A stretch of DNA of 61,886 nt, taken from positions 1-61,886 of the forward strand of contig DAOTXC010000178.1 of assembly GCA_034435555.1 (NCBI GenBank), in the 5' to 3' direction. Position numbers and translations under genes: made by a program. How positions within the stretch are numbered: position 1 is the stretch's first letter; the number at the start of each line of letters is the position of its first letter. The notes under the pieces are model-generated. The model made no database searches, was not told where the DNA came from, and was given only the letters and a program-made list of their open reading frames with translations. Shown one piece after another: positions 27,346 to 37,461 of this stretch. This DNA comes from Anaerolineae bacterium (GTDB lineage Bacteria > Chloroflexota > Anaerolineae > B4-G1 > SLSP01).

Positions 27346-29289
27346 TTACGGCAGATCAAATGCCTCGATGTTCCACATTTCGGAGGTCTCGGTGGAATCG
27401 AGCGACAACCCGATCACCCCTAGGCGAGCTGCCACCATCCGCAGGTGCAGATAGAGCGGGATCACGGGCAACTGCTCGGAGAAGATGCGTTGCGCCTCCA
27501 GATGGCCCTCGATGTAATCCTCCGTGCCGGGCAGCGATTCCAGCGCCAGACGGCAGGCCGCGTCATACGCCTCATTGGAGAAGCCGGTATTGTTACCACG
27601 ATCCTCCCAGCCGTTTTCTGCGGAGGGGGTCTGCCACGAGGCATAGAGCTCACAGGGCGGTTCGACATCGCCGCGCCAGGCAAACGAGCCCATATCGAAG
27701 CGCCGGCCAAACAGCGGGCCGGTCGGCCCCTCGGCAAACCACTCGGCAGTGGGCAGGCTCTGCAGGTTGACCTCGATGCCGCACGCCTCCAGGTTCTGCT
27801 GGAAGAACTGCATGTACTGCATCCGCTCCGGCACGGCATTGGAGGTCCAATTGAAGGCCAACGGTGTGCCATCAGGAATACCTTCGATATCCTGTGCCAC
27901 ACGCGGGCCTTCACCATCATCCACCCAGCCCAATCCCTCCAGCAAAGCCATCCCCGTGGCAGGATCGTACTCGTAAGTGGCGAGGCGTTCATCCGCATAC
28001 AGGGGATGTTCGGGCGGGACATAAGAATCGGGCACGACCGAGCGCCCATAGAGCAGCGTATCCACCACGCCCTGACGATCCAGGCAGTGCGCAATCGCGC
28101 GGCGTAGACGGACGTCCCCGAAGAAGTCAGGGCGGTCGTAGTCGCCCACTGGGTTGATGCCGAAATCCACATGCTCCCAAACCGTATCGGTGACGAACAG
28201 CAGCTCCAGCAAGCCGCGCTCCTCCATTTGGAGAAGTATCTCGGCCTGAGCACTCAGGGGGACATCGTGGGTAATGATATCACACTCGCCGGCCAGGAGC
28301 TGCACCACAGCCGCGTTGACATCGGGGATGAAGCGGAAGATGACGGCATCGAGGTAGGGCAAGCCTTCGCTGGCGCGGAAGTAATAGGGGTTCCGCTCAA
28401 GAATGATATGCTCGCCGGCCACCCACTCTGTGACCACGAACGGCCCCCAGCCCAGCGGCATCCGGGAGGATTCGGGGGCGGTGAGCAGCTCGCCGGCGGT
28501 GTAGCCCAGTTGCTCCTGCCAGAGACGGCGGGGAAGCGGCGACCAGAAGTTGGTGTAGTAGAGATTGTCAATATAGCCGGGCAGCCCCGTCCAAACGACC
28601 GTCTGTCCATCCACAGCCTCGTAGGAGGCTGTGCGCTGATAAATGTAGCGGGAAGCGACCGCATCGGGATCGCCCACGATCTCGTAGCTGTAGACGGAGT
28701 CATCGGCGGTAACGGCGCTGCCATCCGACCAACTCACATCCTCCCTGATGACAAACCACGCGGACATCTGATCCATCTGGACAGGCTCGCCATCGAATTC
28801 GATCTCGCAATCGGGCGCGCGGCAACCCGCAGGGCGCACCCGCACGCCCTCCGAGAGCTCCACAACGACATCCTCGGCGTTGACCACCCAATCCCCCGCC
28901 TGCACGATCACCGTGACAATCGTAGCATCGCCATCCTCAAGACTGGGGAGCTTTTCCAGAATGACCGATTGGTAAGCGTAGGTGCGATTGTCAATCGGGC
29001 CGTCGTAGAGCGCCTGCCAAATGTGTTGCGCTTCCTGCGCCGCGCTGCCGTACAGGTACAGGCTCTCCGGCTCCCGGCTTTGACAGATAACCAGGACCTT
29101 CGGCTCAGGCGGAGGCGGCTCGGGTGTGGGCGTCTCAGGAACCGGCGTCGGCGGGACCTCGGCTGCGGGAACTTCGGTCGCCGGCGCTTCCGTCACCGGC
29201 GCTTGTGTTGGCGCGGGGGTACACGCCACCAACAATAGACTCCCAAGCGTCAACATACCTACCAAAGCCATGAATTTTCTACCAAACAT
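27346..29289 (-). CDS. Peptide ABC transporter substrate-binding lipoprotein (family 5)
   Basis: Lipobox LVAC, Pro/Thr/Glu-rich linker, GWGPFVV, PYLDAVIFRFIPD, DVRLRRAIAHCLDR; RBS GGAGG. Confidence 0.9.
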   Translation of the reverse strand: MFGRKFMALVGMLTLGSLLLVACTPAPTQAPVTEAPATEVPAAEVPPTPVPETPTPEPPPPEPKVLVICQSREPESLYLYGSAAQEAQHIWQALYDGPIDNRTYAYQSVILEKLPSLEDGDATIVTVIVQAGDWVVNAEDVVVELSEGVRVRPAGCRAPDCEIEFDGEPVQMDQMSAWFVIREDVSWSDGSAVTADDSVYSYEIVGDPDAVASRYIYQRTASYEAVDGQTVVWTGLPGYIDNLYYTNFWSPLPRRLWQEQLGYTAGELLTAPESSRMPLGWGPFVVTEWVAGEHIILERNPYYFRASEGLPYLDAVIFRFIPDVNAAVVQLLAGECDIITHDVPLSAQAEILLQMEERGLLELLFVTDTVWEHVDFGINPVGDYDRPDFFGDVRLRRAIAHCLDRQGVVDTLLYGRSVVPDSYVPPEHPLYADERLATYEYDPATGMALLEGLGWVDDGEGPRVAQDIEGIPDGTPLAFNWTSNAVPERMQYMQFFQQNLEACGIEVNLQSLPTAEWFAEGPTGPLFGRRFDMGSFAWRGDVEPPCELYASWQTPSAENGWEDRGNNTGFSNEAYDAACRLALESLPGTEDYIEGHLEAQRIFSEQLPVIPLYLHLRMVAARLGVIGLSLDSTETSEMWNIEAFDLP

Positions 29290-29317
29290 TATTTCCTCCA
29301 AAAGTGAACGAATCGGC

Positions 29318-29353
29318 GAGTCAGCGAGAGTAAAATACGAAATACGCAATACC
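29318..29353 (-). repeat. Oriented heptamer-array element, copy 1 (5' UTR of the SBP gene)
   Basis: mRNA sense GTATTGC-GTATTTC-GTATTTTACTCTCGCTGACTC; same tail as copies 2 and 3. Confidence 0.8.
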
Positions 29354-29454
29354 ACCCTTGCCGCTTGCGACTTACGTTTCACGTCTCGCTCACCCATTGT
29401 AAAGCAATCCCCGAAAAGTCAAGCGCATGGTCGCCAAAATTTCGCGTTACACAC

Positions 29455-29509
29455 AAAAAAGCCGAGAGCGCAGAGTGCGCGCAGTGCGCTGTAACTCTAC
29501 GCTCTCGGC
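29455..29509 (-). terminator. Terminator of the ABC transporter operon
   Basis: GCCGAGAGCG / CGCTCTCGGC stem followed by a U-tract on the minus strand. Confidence 0.7.
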
Positions 29510-29544
29510 TATAAGTTATTGCCAGACTTGTCCGTCTTAGACTG

Positions 29545-29754
29545 TCACCGCTCTATATCTTTTCTATAAAGACGGGCGTACATCGCCGCGCCAATCAGCC
29601 CCATGACCAGCCCAAATGTCGAAGCCAGATAGGAGATCATGCTCAAGATGAAGCTCGCTGGAATCAGCTGCAACACCATGAGCCAGGGCAAGACGGCGCC
29701 CAGCACGACCAAGAATAGGCCAACGAGTATCAATCTAAGCGGACTAAACCACAT
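29545..29754 (-). CDS. Small 2-TM membrane protein
   Basis: 69 aa, two hydrophobic helices; start overlaps the stop of the upstream ATPase. Confidence 0.7.
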   Translation of the reverse strand: MWFSPLRLILVGLFLVVLGAVLPWLMVLQLIPASFILSMISYLASTFGLVMGLIGAAMYARLYRKDIER

Positions 29755-30752
29755 TACTTAAACAGCCAACAGGCAACCAGGTGATGCGGCTCCGGCTCAA
29801 AGTGCGGCGGCTGCTCCTTATCGCACAGCCCCTCCATGAAGTGGGGACAGCGCGGATGGAATCGGCAACCGGAAGGCGGATTGACCAGACTGGGCGGTTC
29901 GCCCGGCGGCACATCCCGGAACCTCGTCGCGTTGTCCGCATCAGGATCCGAAGTCGCCGCCAACAGCGCGTGCGTGTAAGGATGGCACGGGTTGCGAATC
30001 AGATCGTTGATGAGCGACTTCTCGACGGCCTGGCCCGCGTACATCACGAAGACCCGCTCGGAGAAGTAGCGCACGGTGGAGAGGTCGTGGGTGATGTAGA
30101 TGACCGCCAGGTTGTGGATCTCCTGCAAGCCGCGCAGCAGCTTGAGAATCTCCACCCGCACGGAAGCATCGAGCATCGAAACCGGCTCGTCCGCAACGAT
30201 CAGCTTCGGCTCCAGGAGCATCGCCCGGCTGATCACAATGCGCTGCTGCTGCCCCCCGCTCAACATGTGCGGATACTTGGGCAGGAAGTCCTCGATGGGG
30301 GCCATCTTGACCTCTTCGAGCACCTTACGGATGCGCCGGTCTTGCTCTTCCCTGGATTTCACACCATTGATGATGAGCGGCTCGCGCAAGATCTTCTCGA
30401 TGGTCATAAAGGGCGCTAACGCGCCGTAGGGGTCCTGCTGCACAAAGCCGATCTGCGAGCGGTACTCCCGGAGCGCCAGCCCCCGCTGTTTGGTAAGCTG
30501 CATCTTGTTGAAGGTAATAGTCCCATCCGTCGGTGTGTTCAACCCCAAAATCGTCTTCATCAGGCTGGTCTTGCCACAGCCGCTTTCGCCGACGATGGCG
30601 ATCGTCTGACCATAATCGAGATCGAAGGTGATGCCATCCACCGCCCGCACATATCCGGCGTGCCCAAAGCCAAAGCGCCGCAGCTCAAACCAGACCCGCA
30701 GATCGTTGACGGAGAGCAGTACGCCGTTATCTTCCATACTTTCGTTTTCCAT
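29754..30752 (-). CDS. Oligopeptide ABC ATP-binding protein (OppF-like)
   Basis: GESGCGKT, LSGGQQQR, DEP, HPYT and oligo_HPY tail CRFHPRC. Confidence 0.93.
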   Translation of the reverse strand: MENESMEDNGVLLSVNDLRVWFELRRFGFGHAGYVRAVDGITFDLDYGQTIAIVGESGCGKTSLMKTILGLNTPTDGTITFNKMQLTKQRGLALREYRSQIGFVQQDPYGALAPFMTIEKILREPLIINGVKSREEQDRRIRKVLEEVKMAPIEDFLPKYPHMLSGGQQQRIVISRAMLLEPKLIVADEPVSMLDASVRVEILKLLRGLQEIHNLAVIYITHDLSTVRYFSERVFVMYAGQAVEKSLINDLIRNPCHPYTHALLAATSDPDADNATRFRDVPPGEPPSLVNPPSGCRFHPRCPHFMEGLCDKEQPPHFEPEPHHLVACWLFK

Positions 30753-30816
30753 TGCCACTACCTCGTCCTGACCCTTTGCATTCACTTGAATGGACATAAA
30801 TCAGCGCTCCTCTCGC

Positions 30817-31779
30817 TCACGTATACAACCAGCATTTGACCAACCGGCCATCCAGCTCGATCGTGGGCGGTTCTTCATCGCAACGATCAAAGCGCTTGGT
30901 ACAACGATCAGCAAAGCGGCAACCGGTTGGAGGCATGAGCAGGCTCGGCGGTTGGCCGGTAATGAAGTCCGGCTCCTTATCGGTGCGCAGACGCGGCACA
31001 CTGTCCATCAGCTTCTGCGAGTAGGGATGCAGCGGGCGGTCGAAGAAGCGGTGCGCATCGCTCCGTTCCACGATCTGCCCCGCGTACATCACCGCCACGC
31101 TGTTCGCCAACTCGCTGGAGGTGGCGATATCGTGCGTGATAAGGATGAAACTGATGCCCAGCTCATTCTTGATCTCCTTGAGCACATTGAAGATATTCGC
31201 CTGGGTCAAAACGTCCAGCGCCGAGGTCGGCTCATCGAGCACGATGAGGTCCGGCGAAGTCACCAGGGCCATTGCGATGGCAACACGCTGGCGCATCCCC
31301 CCGCTCAGCTCGAAGGCGTAGCGGTGCAGGAAGTCCTGGGGGACACCCACGTGCTTGAACATCTTGCTGGCCTGCGCCAGCGCCTCTTCCTTGCGCATCG
31401 CGTTGTGGATGATGGAAGGCTCGGCCACCTGATCGCCTACCTTGAGCACAGGATTCAGGGAGTTCATGGCCGCCTGCGGCACCATGGACATACGCAACCA
31501 GCGCACCTGACGCCGATACTGCTCGTCAGTCAGCGCCATCACGTCCTTGCCGTCCAGATAGACCGCGCCCTTGTACGTGTGGACATTGCGGGGCAACAGG
31601 CGCAAGATCGCCTTCGCCAGGGAGGTCTTGCCACACCCCGACTCCCCCAACACCACCACCGCTTCATCGCGGTGCAGCTGGAAATTCACGCCATCCACTG
31701 CGCGCACGACACCTTTGGTTGCGCGGAAGTGTAAGATAAGGTCCTGCACATCAAGTAACAGATCTTTTCGTTCAGCCAT
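30817..31779 (-). CDS. Oligopeptide ABC ATP-binding protein (OppD-like)
   Basis: GESGCGKT, LSGGMRQR, DEPTSALD, HPYS, GCRFADRC. Confidence 0.93.
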   Translation of the reverse strand: MAERKDLLLDVQDLILHFRATKGVVRAVDGVNFQLHRDEAVVVLGESGCGKTSLAKAILRLLPRNVHTYKGAVYLDGKDVMALTDEQYRRQVRWLRMSMVPQAAMNSLNPVLKVGDQVAEPSIIHNAMRKEEALAQASKMFKHVGVPQDFLHRYAFELSGGMRQRVAIAMALVTSPDLIVLDEPTSALDVLTQANIFNVLKEIKNELGISFILITHDIATSSELANSVAVMYAGQIVERSDAHRFFDRPLHPYSQKLMDSVPRLRTDKEPDFITGQPPSLLMPPTGCRFADRCTKRFDRCDEEPPTIELDGRLVKCWLYT

Positions 31780-31781
31780 GA

Positions 31782-33131
31782 CTATACCTCCCTCAGGCGG
31801 GGGTTGAAGATACGATCCAGCGCGAAGCCCAACAAAGCAAAGGCCAGGCCCACCACCATCAGGAGCACCGCCGGCTGCAACACCCAATAGTATTGCCCAT
31901 TGTGCAGCGCGCCATTGGAACGCGCGTCATCAATCAACTTACCCCAGGTCGGCAGAATCGGGTCGCCGATCCCCAACACCGCCAGCGAAGCCTCAAGGAA
32001 AACGTAGGCGGGGATGGCGGACACCAGGCCGGGAATCAGCACCGGGATGATGCGCGGAACGAGGTAGGAGATGATCAAACGCCAGTTGCTGGCCCCGTAA
32101 GCCTGCGCCGCCTCGATGTAGGGCGATTCCTTGACCTGCAAGAAGATGGCGCGATAGCCTTTGATTCCCGCGCCGAAGATACTCAACGCGATGACCCATC
32201 CCAGGATGACCCAGATACTACGCCCATTCTCAAAGAAGGTCCCCACCATAATGAGGATGGGCAGGAAAGGCAAGACCATGTTGATCTCGGTGATGCGCTG
32301 GATCAAGCCGTCCACCACGCCGCCAAACCAGACCCCGATCGCCGCGATGATCATCGTGGTGACGGTGGTGCCCAGGGCCGCGAGCAAACCAAAGGAAAGC
32401 GCGATGGGCGTGCCCCAGAGCAACGCCACGGTCAGATCGCGCCGCCGGTGATCGGTGCCTGCCAGACCATGGACCTGTCCATAGAGCACGAATCGAGCAT
32501 CCAAGTCCGATTCCTCCTCGAAGACAACGCCCTCAACCCGCAACGTGTAGGTTCCCTTCACGACCGTGGGCGTCTCCAGATCAGGATCGGCAAAGAGGCC
32601 GATGCGCGGCTCAACTCCATCCAACCGGCGAACCAGCCGGTCATCCTGGTCAATGCGATAGGTCTCCGCGCTTCCGACGCTGATCTCGCCCAGCCGGATC
32701 GTCCGGCCATCGGGCGTGATCCAGGACATGGAGGCGTGCGGAAGGCGCTCCTCATACTGCGCGGTGAAAAAGACGCTCAGGGATTGGGGGAAGCCGTCGT
32801 AGTCATAATCGAAGGTGTACTCTATCGTCACATCATCCATATTTTCGGAGATGACCGAGGTGCTCTTTGTCACCCCCTCATCCCCCATCCTGAGCACCAA
32901 CGTCTCTGGCTGTGTCTGCTCACGGAAGAGGTTTGTCCACGCCGGCGGCACGGTACGAGGATTATCGCCCCAGATGTCCTCGCCACCGCGCCAGAGCCGA
33001 ATGGCTTCACTGTAAGGGATGGCGATAATGGTATAGATCGCCATCCCAACCATTACCAGAATGATCGCCAAGCCGATGACCGCTGAGGGGTATTGACGAA
33101 TATCCTTAAGGGTTTGAGTAAACCATTTCAT
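31782..33131 (-). CDS. ABC transporter permease (OppC-like) with a large extracytoplasmic domain
   Basis: LAGTDHRRRD, EAA motif YIEAAQAYGAS, PTWGKLI. Confidence 0.9.
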   Translation of the reverse strand: MKWFTQTLKDIRQYPSAVIGLAIILVMVGMAIYTIIAIPYSEAIRLWRGGEDIWGDNPRTVPPAWTNLFREQTQPETLVLRMGDEGVTKSTSVISENMDDVTIEYTFDYDYDGFPQSLSVFFTAQYEERLPHASMSWITPDGRTIRLGEISVGSAETYRIDQDDRLVRRLDGVEPRIGLFADPDLETPTVVKGTYTLRVEGVVFEEESDLDARFVLYGQVHGLAGTDHRRRDLTVALLWGTPIALSFGLLAALGTTVTTMIIAAIGVWFGGVVDGLIQRITEINMVLPFLPILIMVGTFFENGRSIWVILGWVIALSIFGAGIKGYRAIFLQVKESPYIEAAQAYGASNWRLIISYLVPRIIPVLIPGLVSAIPAYVFLEASLAVLGIGDPILPTWGKLIDDARSNGALHNGQYYWVLQPAVLLMVVGLAFALLGFALDRIFNPRLREV

Positions 33132-34273
33132 TAGTGTGCTCCTCCACTACCCACGCGCACTCTAGGATCCACAATGGCGTAGATGAAGTCCAGGAAAAAG
33201 ACGGTGAACGCCAGCAAATAGGCATAAATCACCGCCGATCCGACGATCACCGCAGTATCGAAGTGACCGATAGCCTGAAACAACAACCGCCCCAATCCCG
33301 GCCAGTTGAAAATCGTCTCCGCAATGATCGCCCCCTGCCACAGGGTGATCAACATCAGCGCGAAGTTGGTGATAATATTGGGCAACGTCGGGCGTAAGAT
33401 GTAACGCCGCTCAACTTCCCGGTCAGAAAGGCCCTTCGCGCGCGCCAGCTCCACGTAATCCTCCATCGAGAAGATCAGGAAGAAGGTGCGCCAGCCGTAG
33501 ACGCTGCCGAAGAAGCCGCTGACCAACCAGGCTGTTACCGGCAGAATCAGGTGCCGGCCGATGCTGAGCGCGCGCCCGACCAGATCTTGAGGCGGCGGCG
33601 CGGCCACCATCCCGCCGAAGGGCAGCCAGCCCAACACCGCGGCAAAGAGCAAAATCAGAAAAATCCCATAAAACCAGGCCGGCGCAGCGGAGATCGGCGA
33701 AAGGGCAATCACCAGCTTATCCAGTAAGCTCCCGTAATTACGGGAGAGATATAACGCAAAGAAAAGACTGACAAAAAAGAGCAGCAGGTTGGCCGTTGCC
33801 ATATATAGCAACGTCGGCGGCAGCCGCTCCAGGATGATGTTGCTCACCAGGCGGGAGCCGCTGTCGCTCGACATAAACTGCGCGCGGCCCAGATTGAGCG
33901 TCAAGGCGCGATAAAGGAAGCGGAAACTGCGGATCAAAAAGGGTTGATTCAATCCCAAACGCTCTTCCTCGACCGAGATGTACTCCTCAATGATTTGGTT
34001 ACGCTGTTCAGCAGGTAACTGGCGTATTTCCGGATCCATCCCCACGCTGATAGAAACCTGCTCGCGAATTTGTCCTTTGAGGATCCGATCCACGTATCCG
34101 CCCATATTGGCGATGAGGATGGTCAAATAGATACCAATGACAACGGCAATCAAGAGTGCTCCCAATTTGAGGCCGGAATAACGCAGCAACTTGAGTAGCA
34201 TGTTGGAGGTGGAAGCGCTCTTCTGTGCTGGTTGTTCAACATCAGGCTGCACAGCTAGGGCATTTTCAGACAT
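33131..34273 (-). CDS. ABC transporter permease (OppB-like)
   Basis: ERLPPTL, DYVELARAKGLS, ETIFNWPGLG. Confidence 0.92.
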   Translation of the reverse strand: MSENALAVQPDVEQPAQKSASTSNMLLKLLRYSGLKLGALLIAVVIGIYLTILIANMGGYVDRILKGQIREQVSISVGMDPEIRQLPAEQRNQIIEEYISVEEERLGLNQPFLIRSFRFLYRALTLNLGRAQFMSSDSGSRLVSNIILERLPPTLLYMATANLLLFFVSLFFALYLSRNYGSLLDKLVIALSPISAAPAWFYGIFLILLFAAVLGWLPFGGMVAAPPPQDLVGRALSIGRHLILPVTAWLVSGFFGSVYGWRTFFLIFSMEDYVELARAKGLSDREVERRYILRPTLPNIITNFALMLITLWQGAIIAETIFNWPGLGRLLFQAIGHFDTAVIVGSAVIYAYLLAFTVFFLDFIYAIVDPRVRVGSGGAH

Positions 34274-34326
34274 AATCGCAATTCTCTCTTTCTCTTGAAG
34301 ACAACCTTAAGTGATGGGGGTGTGAA

Positions 34327-34353
34327 CCGGGGGCGAGCAATGCTCGCCCCCGG
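34327..34353. other. Intercistronic hairpin after the SBP gene
   Basis: 13-bp perfect inverted repeat CCGGGGGCGAGCA / TGCTCGCCCCCGG; typical position for a stabiliser of the SBP mRNA segment. Confidence 0.6.
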
Positions 34354-34371
34354 CAGTACAGCCAAACCGCA

Positions 34372-36945
34372 CTAAGGCGCGGTTACGAAGGAAAGGGCGT
34401 CGGTGCTGGGAACAGCCACCAGCTTAGATACCACCACGATCTCCAACCGGCTGGAGCCGGCGACGAGATCGCCCGTGACATCCGCACTGAGGACCACTTC
34501 CCACAGCCCGTCCTCGATCGCCGTGCCCTCGCCCACGTACGCCACCGAGCCGACAGCGTCGAGGACCAGGAACTTGACATTGTCAATGTCCGCGATGGGG
34601 TAAGGTGAACCATCGGGCAAATTGACAAAGACATCGTAGACCGCTTCCTCGCCAATGGTCACGCGACCAGGGCCATCCACCTCAACGTCAGCCAGGGGGG
34701 CCTCGGCGAAGCGCATCCACTTGTCGGCCATGTCGGGGTAGTCGCGGAAGCGCTGCAGCACAACCGTACCCTCGACGGGGAAGGCGCGCTCCAGGTAGAA
34801 GGGGCCGGTGCCGATCCAGAAGTGACCACGGCGGCGGAACCACTCAGCGTAGTTCTCGAAGCGCATCTGAATCTCGGCGGCATCCACGTACTGGCCCAGA
34901 GTGGGCGCGTAGGGGATCTCACCGGTCTCGAGGACTGTGTTCAGATTGGCCTCCAGGATGGCGATGGTGGGGCCGGCGATGTAGCTCAGGCGCTCCACTT
35001 CCAGCGCATCGGCCTTGCCGCCGCTGAAGGCAGCCTCTTCGTTCTCCTCAGCCATGAGACCGAGGGTCAGCATGTGCCAGGAACCCTGGCCCTGCGCGTA
35101 GTAGGGGTACCAGGTGGTGACGGTGTTTTCCGCATCCGGCTGGAAGCTGTTGGAGTAGGTCTCGATGATGAGCGGATCCTCGGAGACGATGCGCACGCCC
35201 CGGAAGGCGGCCATGAAGGAGTTGTAGGCGGGCACTTTGGCCGCGTCGTAGTAGGGGCTGGCTTCCTGCGCCCGGTCGAAGGAGAGGATCATGGCCATGA
35301 TGACGTCGCCGATGGAGAAGGGGCTGCCATCGTGCCACAGGCTCTTCTCGTACAGGTCGGCTTCGTAGTAGACGGTGCTCATGCGCACCGCGGTCTGGGT
35401 CTCGGTGTAAACCTCGGCGGCGGTGAGGAAGCGCTGCTCCTCAGCATCCCAGGCAACCCAGGCGTCATCGGGGACAACGATTTCCGGCACGAAGTCCAGG
35501 CTGACCCAGTCGAGGGTCTGGACGATGGGCGTACCCTCTACCGCGACGACCTCAGCGCGCTCGACGCGCTGCGGGCGGTAAAGACCGGTGAAGGGGTCGG
35601 GCAGTGTTGCCATCTCGCCCGTCGCACGGATCAACATCATGTCGTAGATCCAGTTGCTGCCGTCGAGCGGGTTCCAGGCCTCGGTGAGGATGCTGGGCAT
35701 CCCGATGGTCATGGAGCCACCGACCTCGCCCGCACGCTGAATGGTCACAGGCCAGAGCCAGGAGCCGCTCACCGCGCCGTACAGGTCAGCCGCCACACGC
35801 ACTTCGGCGCGCGCGGGGGTCAGGGCGCCACGATCGGCCAGCCAGACGCGCGTGGAGTCTTCCAGTGACAGCCACAGCGCCTGCTCAAGCATATCACGGC
35901 GCTCTTCTAGCGACGCATAATCGGAGCGATCCAGCCGGTCAGCCAGGTCGTAGAACACCGGGTCGTTGACGTAGGCCTGCCACAGCGGCACGCCCAGGCC
36001 CATGTCGGTGTAGAAGAAGGCGAAGTTGTCGGCCAGGTTGCGGGGCACGACAGTGGTGATCCAGCCGCCGGTGTAGATGTGGAACAGACCATCGGCAGGG
36101 TTGCCGCTGATCCAGATCGGGGAAGCCTCGGCAGAGGTCTTGTAGTCGCGGATGACGGTGAAGCCGATGTCCTCAAGCTGGTTGCCGAGGTAGTCGCCCA
36201 TATCGCGGCGCTCGTCCTCGACACGGATGAGGATATTGATTTCGACAGGCTCGCCGTTGTAGTACCAGAGGCCGCCCTCCATGGTCGCCCCCAGGGCTTC
36301 CATTTCCTCGCCGATGATCTCGGCAGCGCGCTCGGGATTGTAAGCGTACTCGAGCTCGATCGCGCGGATCACATCAGCCATCAGCGCGGCATCGTTGGAG
36401 GCGCTGTTGAAGCACGTCCAGCGCGCCGTCCCCAGCCCGCCCATGATCTCCTGAACCAGGTAGTTGCGGTCAATGAGATAGTTCATGGCCTCGCGCACGC
36501 GCGCGATAGCGAAGGGGTTCAGCTTGCCGGTGCTCTCGAAAACGGGGCCGACGGGGTTGAAGGTGAATTCGTTGTAGGAGCCGGAAGAGCGGAAGCCAGA
36601 TAGCTCTGGTGAAGCGTTGACACGCGCCGCAACCTCAGGGTTGCCTACCGCAAAAGCGTAGAGGTCCATTTCACCTACCTCGAGGCGGGTGATGGCCTGA
36701 TCGCTGGAAGGCTCCTCGACCACGACGATGGTGTCCAGCCATGCGCCCTGGCGCTCCACAACGGGGCGCTCAGGCTCAACGGGGGCCTCAACCGGCACCT
36801 CGACCTCAACCGGGACCTCGACCTCAACGGGAACCTCGACAGTCACGGTGATCGTCTCAGGGGTCGGCTGCGCGCAGGCAGACAACATCATAGTAACAAC
36901 AATCAAGATGGCGAGCACAGCCGCCAACTTTTTCTGGGTAAACAT
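34372..36945 (-). CDS. Large (857 aa) ABC substrate-binding lipoprotein, family 5-like, with a C-terminal Ig-like extension
   Basis: Lipobox LSAC, VEVP repeat linker, NPFAIARVREAMNYLIDR, GTGPFYL; heads the permease/ATPase operon. Confidence 0.88.
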   Translation of the reverse strand: MFTQKKLAAVLAILIVVTMMLSACAQPTPETITVTVEVPVEVEVPVEVEVPVEAPVEPERPVVERQGAWLDTIVVVEEPSSDQAITRLEVGEMDLYAFAVGNPEVAARVNASPELSGFRSSGSYNEFTFNPVGPVFESTGKLNPFAIARVREAMNYLIDRNYLVQEIMGGLGTARWTCFNSASNDAALMADVIRAIELEYAYNPERAAEIIGEEMEALGATMEGGLWYYNGEPVEINILIRVEDERRDMGDYLGNQLEDIGFTVIRDYKTSAEASPIWISGNPADGLFHIYTGGWITTVVPRNLADNFAFFYTDMGLGVPLWQAYVNDPVFYDLADRLDRSDYASLEERRDMLEQALWLSLEDSTRVWLADRGALTPARAEVRVAADLYGAVSGSWLWPVTIQRAGEVGGSMTIGMPSILTEAWNPLDGSNWIYDMMLIRATGEMATLPDPFTGLYRPQRVERAEVVAVEGTPIVQTLDWVSLDFVPEIVVPDDAWVAWDAEEQRFLTAAEVYTETQTAVRMSTVYYEADLYEKSLWHDGSPFSIGDVIMAMILSFDRAQEASPYYDAAKVPAYNSFMAAFRGVRIVSEDPLIIETYSNSFQPDAENTVTTWYPYYAQGQGSWHMLTLGLMAEENEEAAFSGGKADALEVERLSYIAGPTIAILEANLNTVLETGEIPYAPTLGQYVDAAEIQMRFENYAEWFRRRGHFWIGTGPFYLERAFPVEGTVVLQRFRDYPDMADKWMRFAEAPLADVEVDGPGRVTIGEEAVYDVFVNLPDGSPYPIADIDNVKFLVLDAVGSVAYVGEGTAIEDGLWEVVLSADVTGDLVAGSSRLEIVVVSKLVAVPSTDALSFVTAP
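36786..36840 (-). repeat. In-frame 18-bp tandem repeat encoding (VEVPVE)n linker
   Basis: ACCTCGACCTCAAC(C/G)GG(C/G)-like unit about 3 times. Confidence 0.75.
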
Positions 36946-37086
36946 AGTCTCCTCCTTAAACAGGTTTTATGTTAGATTTTGATCAACAGATTGGAGAAAC
37001 TTTTCTTTTATAATCTTGTCGCTATCACCCCCTTTTTAAGTTGCCGACTTATGTCAGAGAAACCCCTTGTTCAAAACCACCTTACC

Positions 37087-37115
37087 ATATTACAACAAAC
37101 ACCACAGAAAGTCAA
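37087..37115 (-). promoter_or_regulatory. Promoter of the ABC operon
   Basis: TTGACT-N17-TAATAT. Confidence 0.6.
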
Positions 37116-37176
37116 ACCAGGGGCTTGCAAGGGCCTACAGCACTTCGTGGCCCCGCAACACACGGCCCGGTTACAC

Positions 37177-37461
37177 TCAGGCCATCAACAACGTCAACCG
37201 GCGTTGATTTTGCAACAATCCGGTAAACGCCAGCTCCCGAGCCTCGTAGGGGAAGAGTTCGCTCACGTCCAAGAGAACCGGCATGTGGCCCTGGTACAAC
37301 CCCAACCGGCCCAAAAGTCGTTGCCAACGTGGTCGCGAAGGTTGCTGCAATTGCGCCCACAGGCGAATCGCCGCCGCTTCCGGCGGCACGACCTCCGCAT
37401 AGGGCCGCAACCCCTCCCATAAGAGCGCGTCTATATCATCCTTGAAATTATGTGAATTCAT
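37177..37461 (-). CDS. Hypothetical 94-aa protein coupled to the ECF sigma gene (possible anti-sigma)
   Basis: ATG lies inside the last codons of the sigma gene; no TM segment and no ZAS motif. Confidence 0.6.
   Translation of the reverse strand: MNSHNFKDDIDALLWEGLRPYAEVVPPEAAAIRLWAQLQQPSRPRWQRLLGRLGLYQGHMPVLLDVSELFPYEARELAFTGLLQNQRRLTLLMA

Noticed and set aside
29376-29384. parS-like GTTTCACGT
   Set aside because: Half-site only; better explained as part of a heptamer run.
36990-37040. Strong SD-like AAGGGGGTGAT in the ABC operon leader, suggesting a leader peptide
   Set aside because: No properly spaced canonical start codon follows; only a 6-codon GTG ORF overlapping the SD itself.
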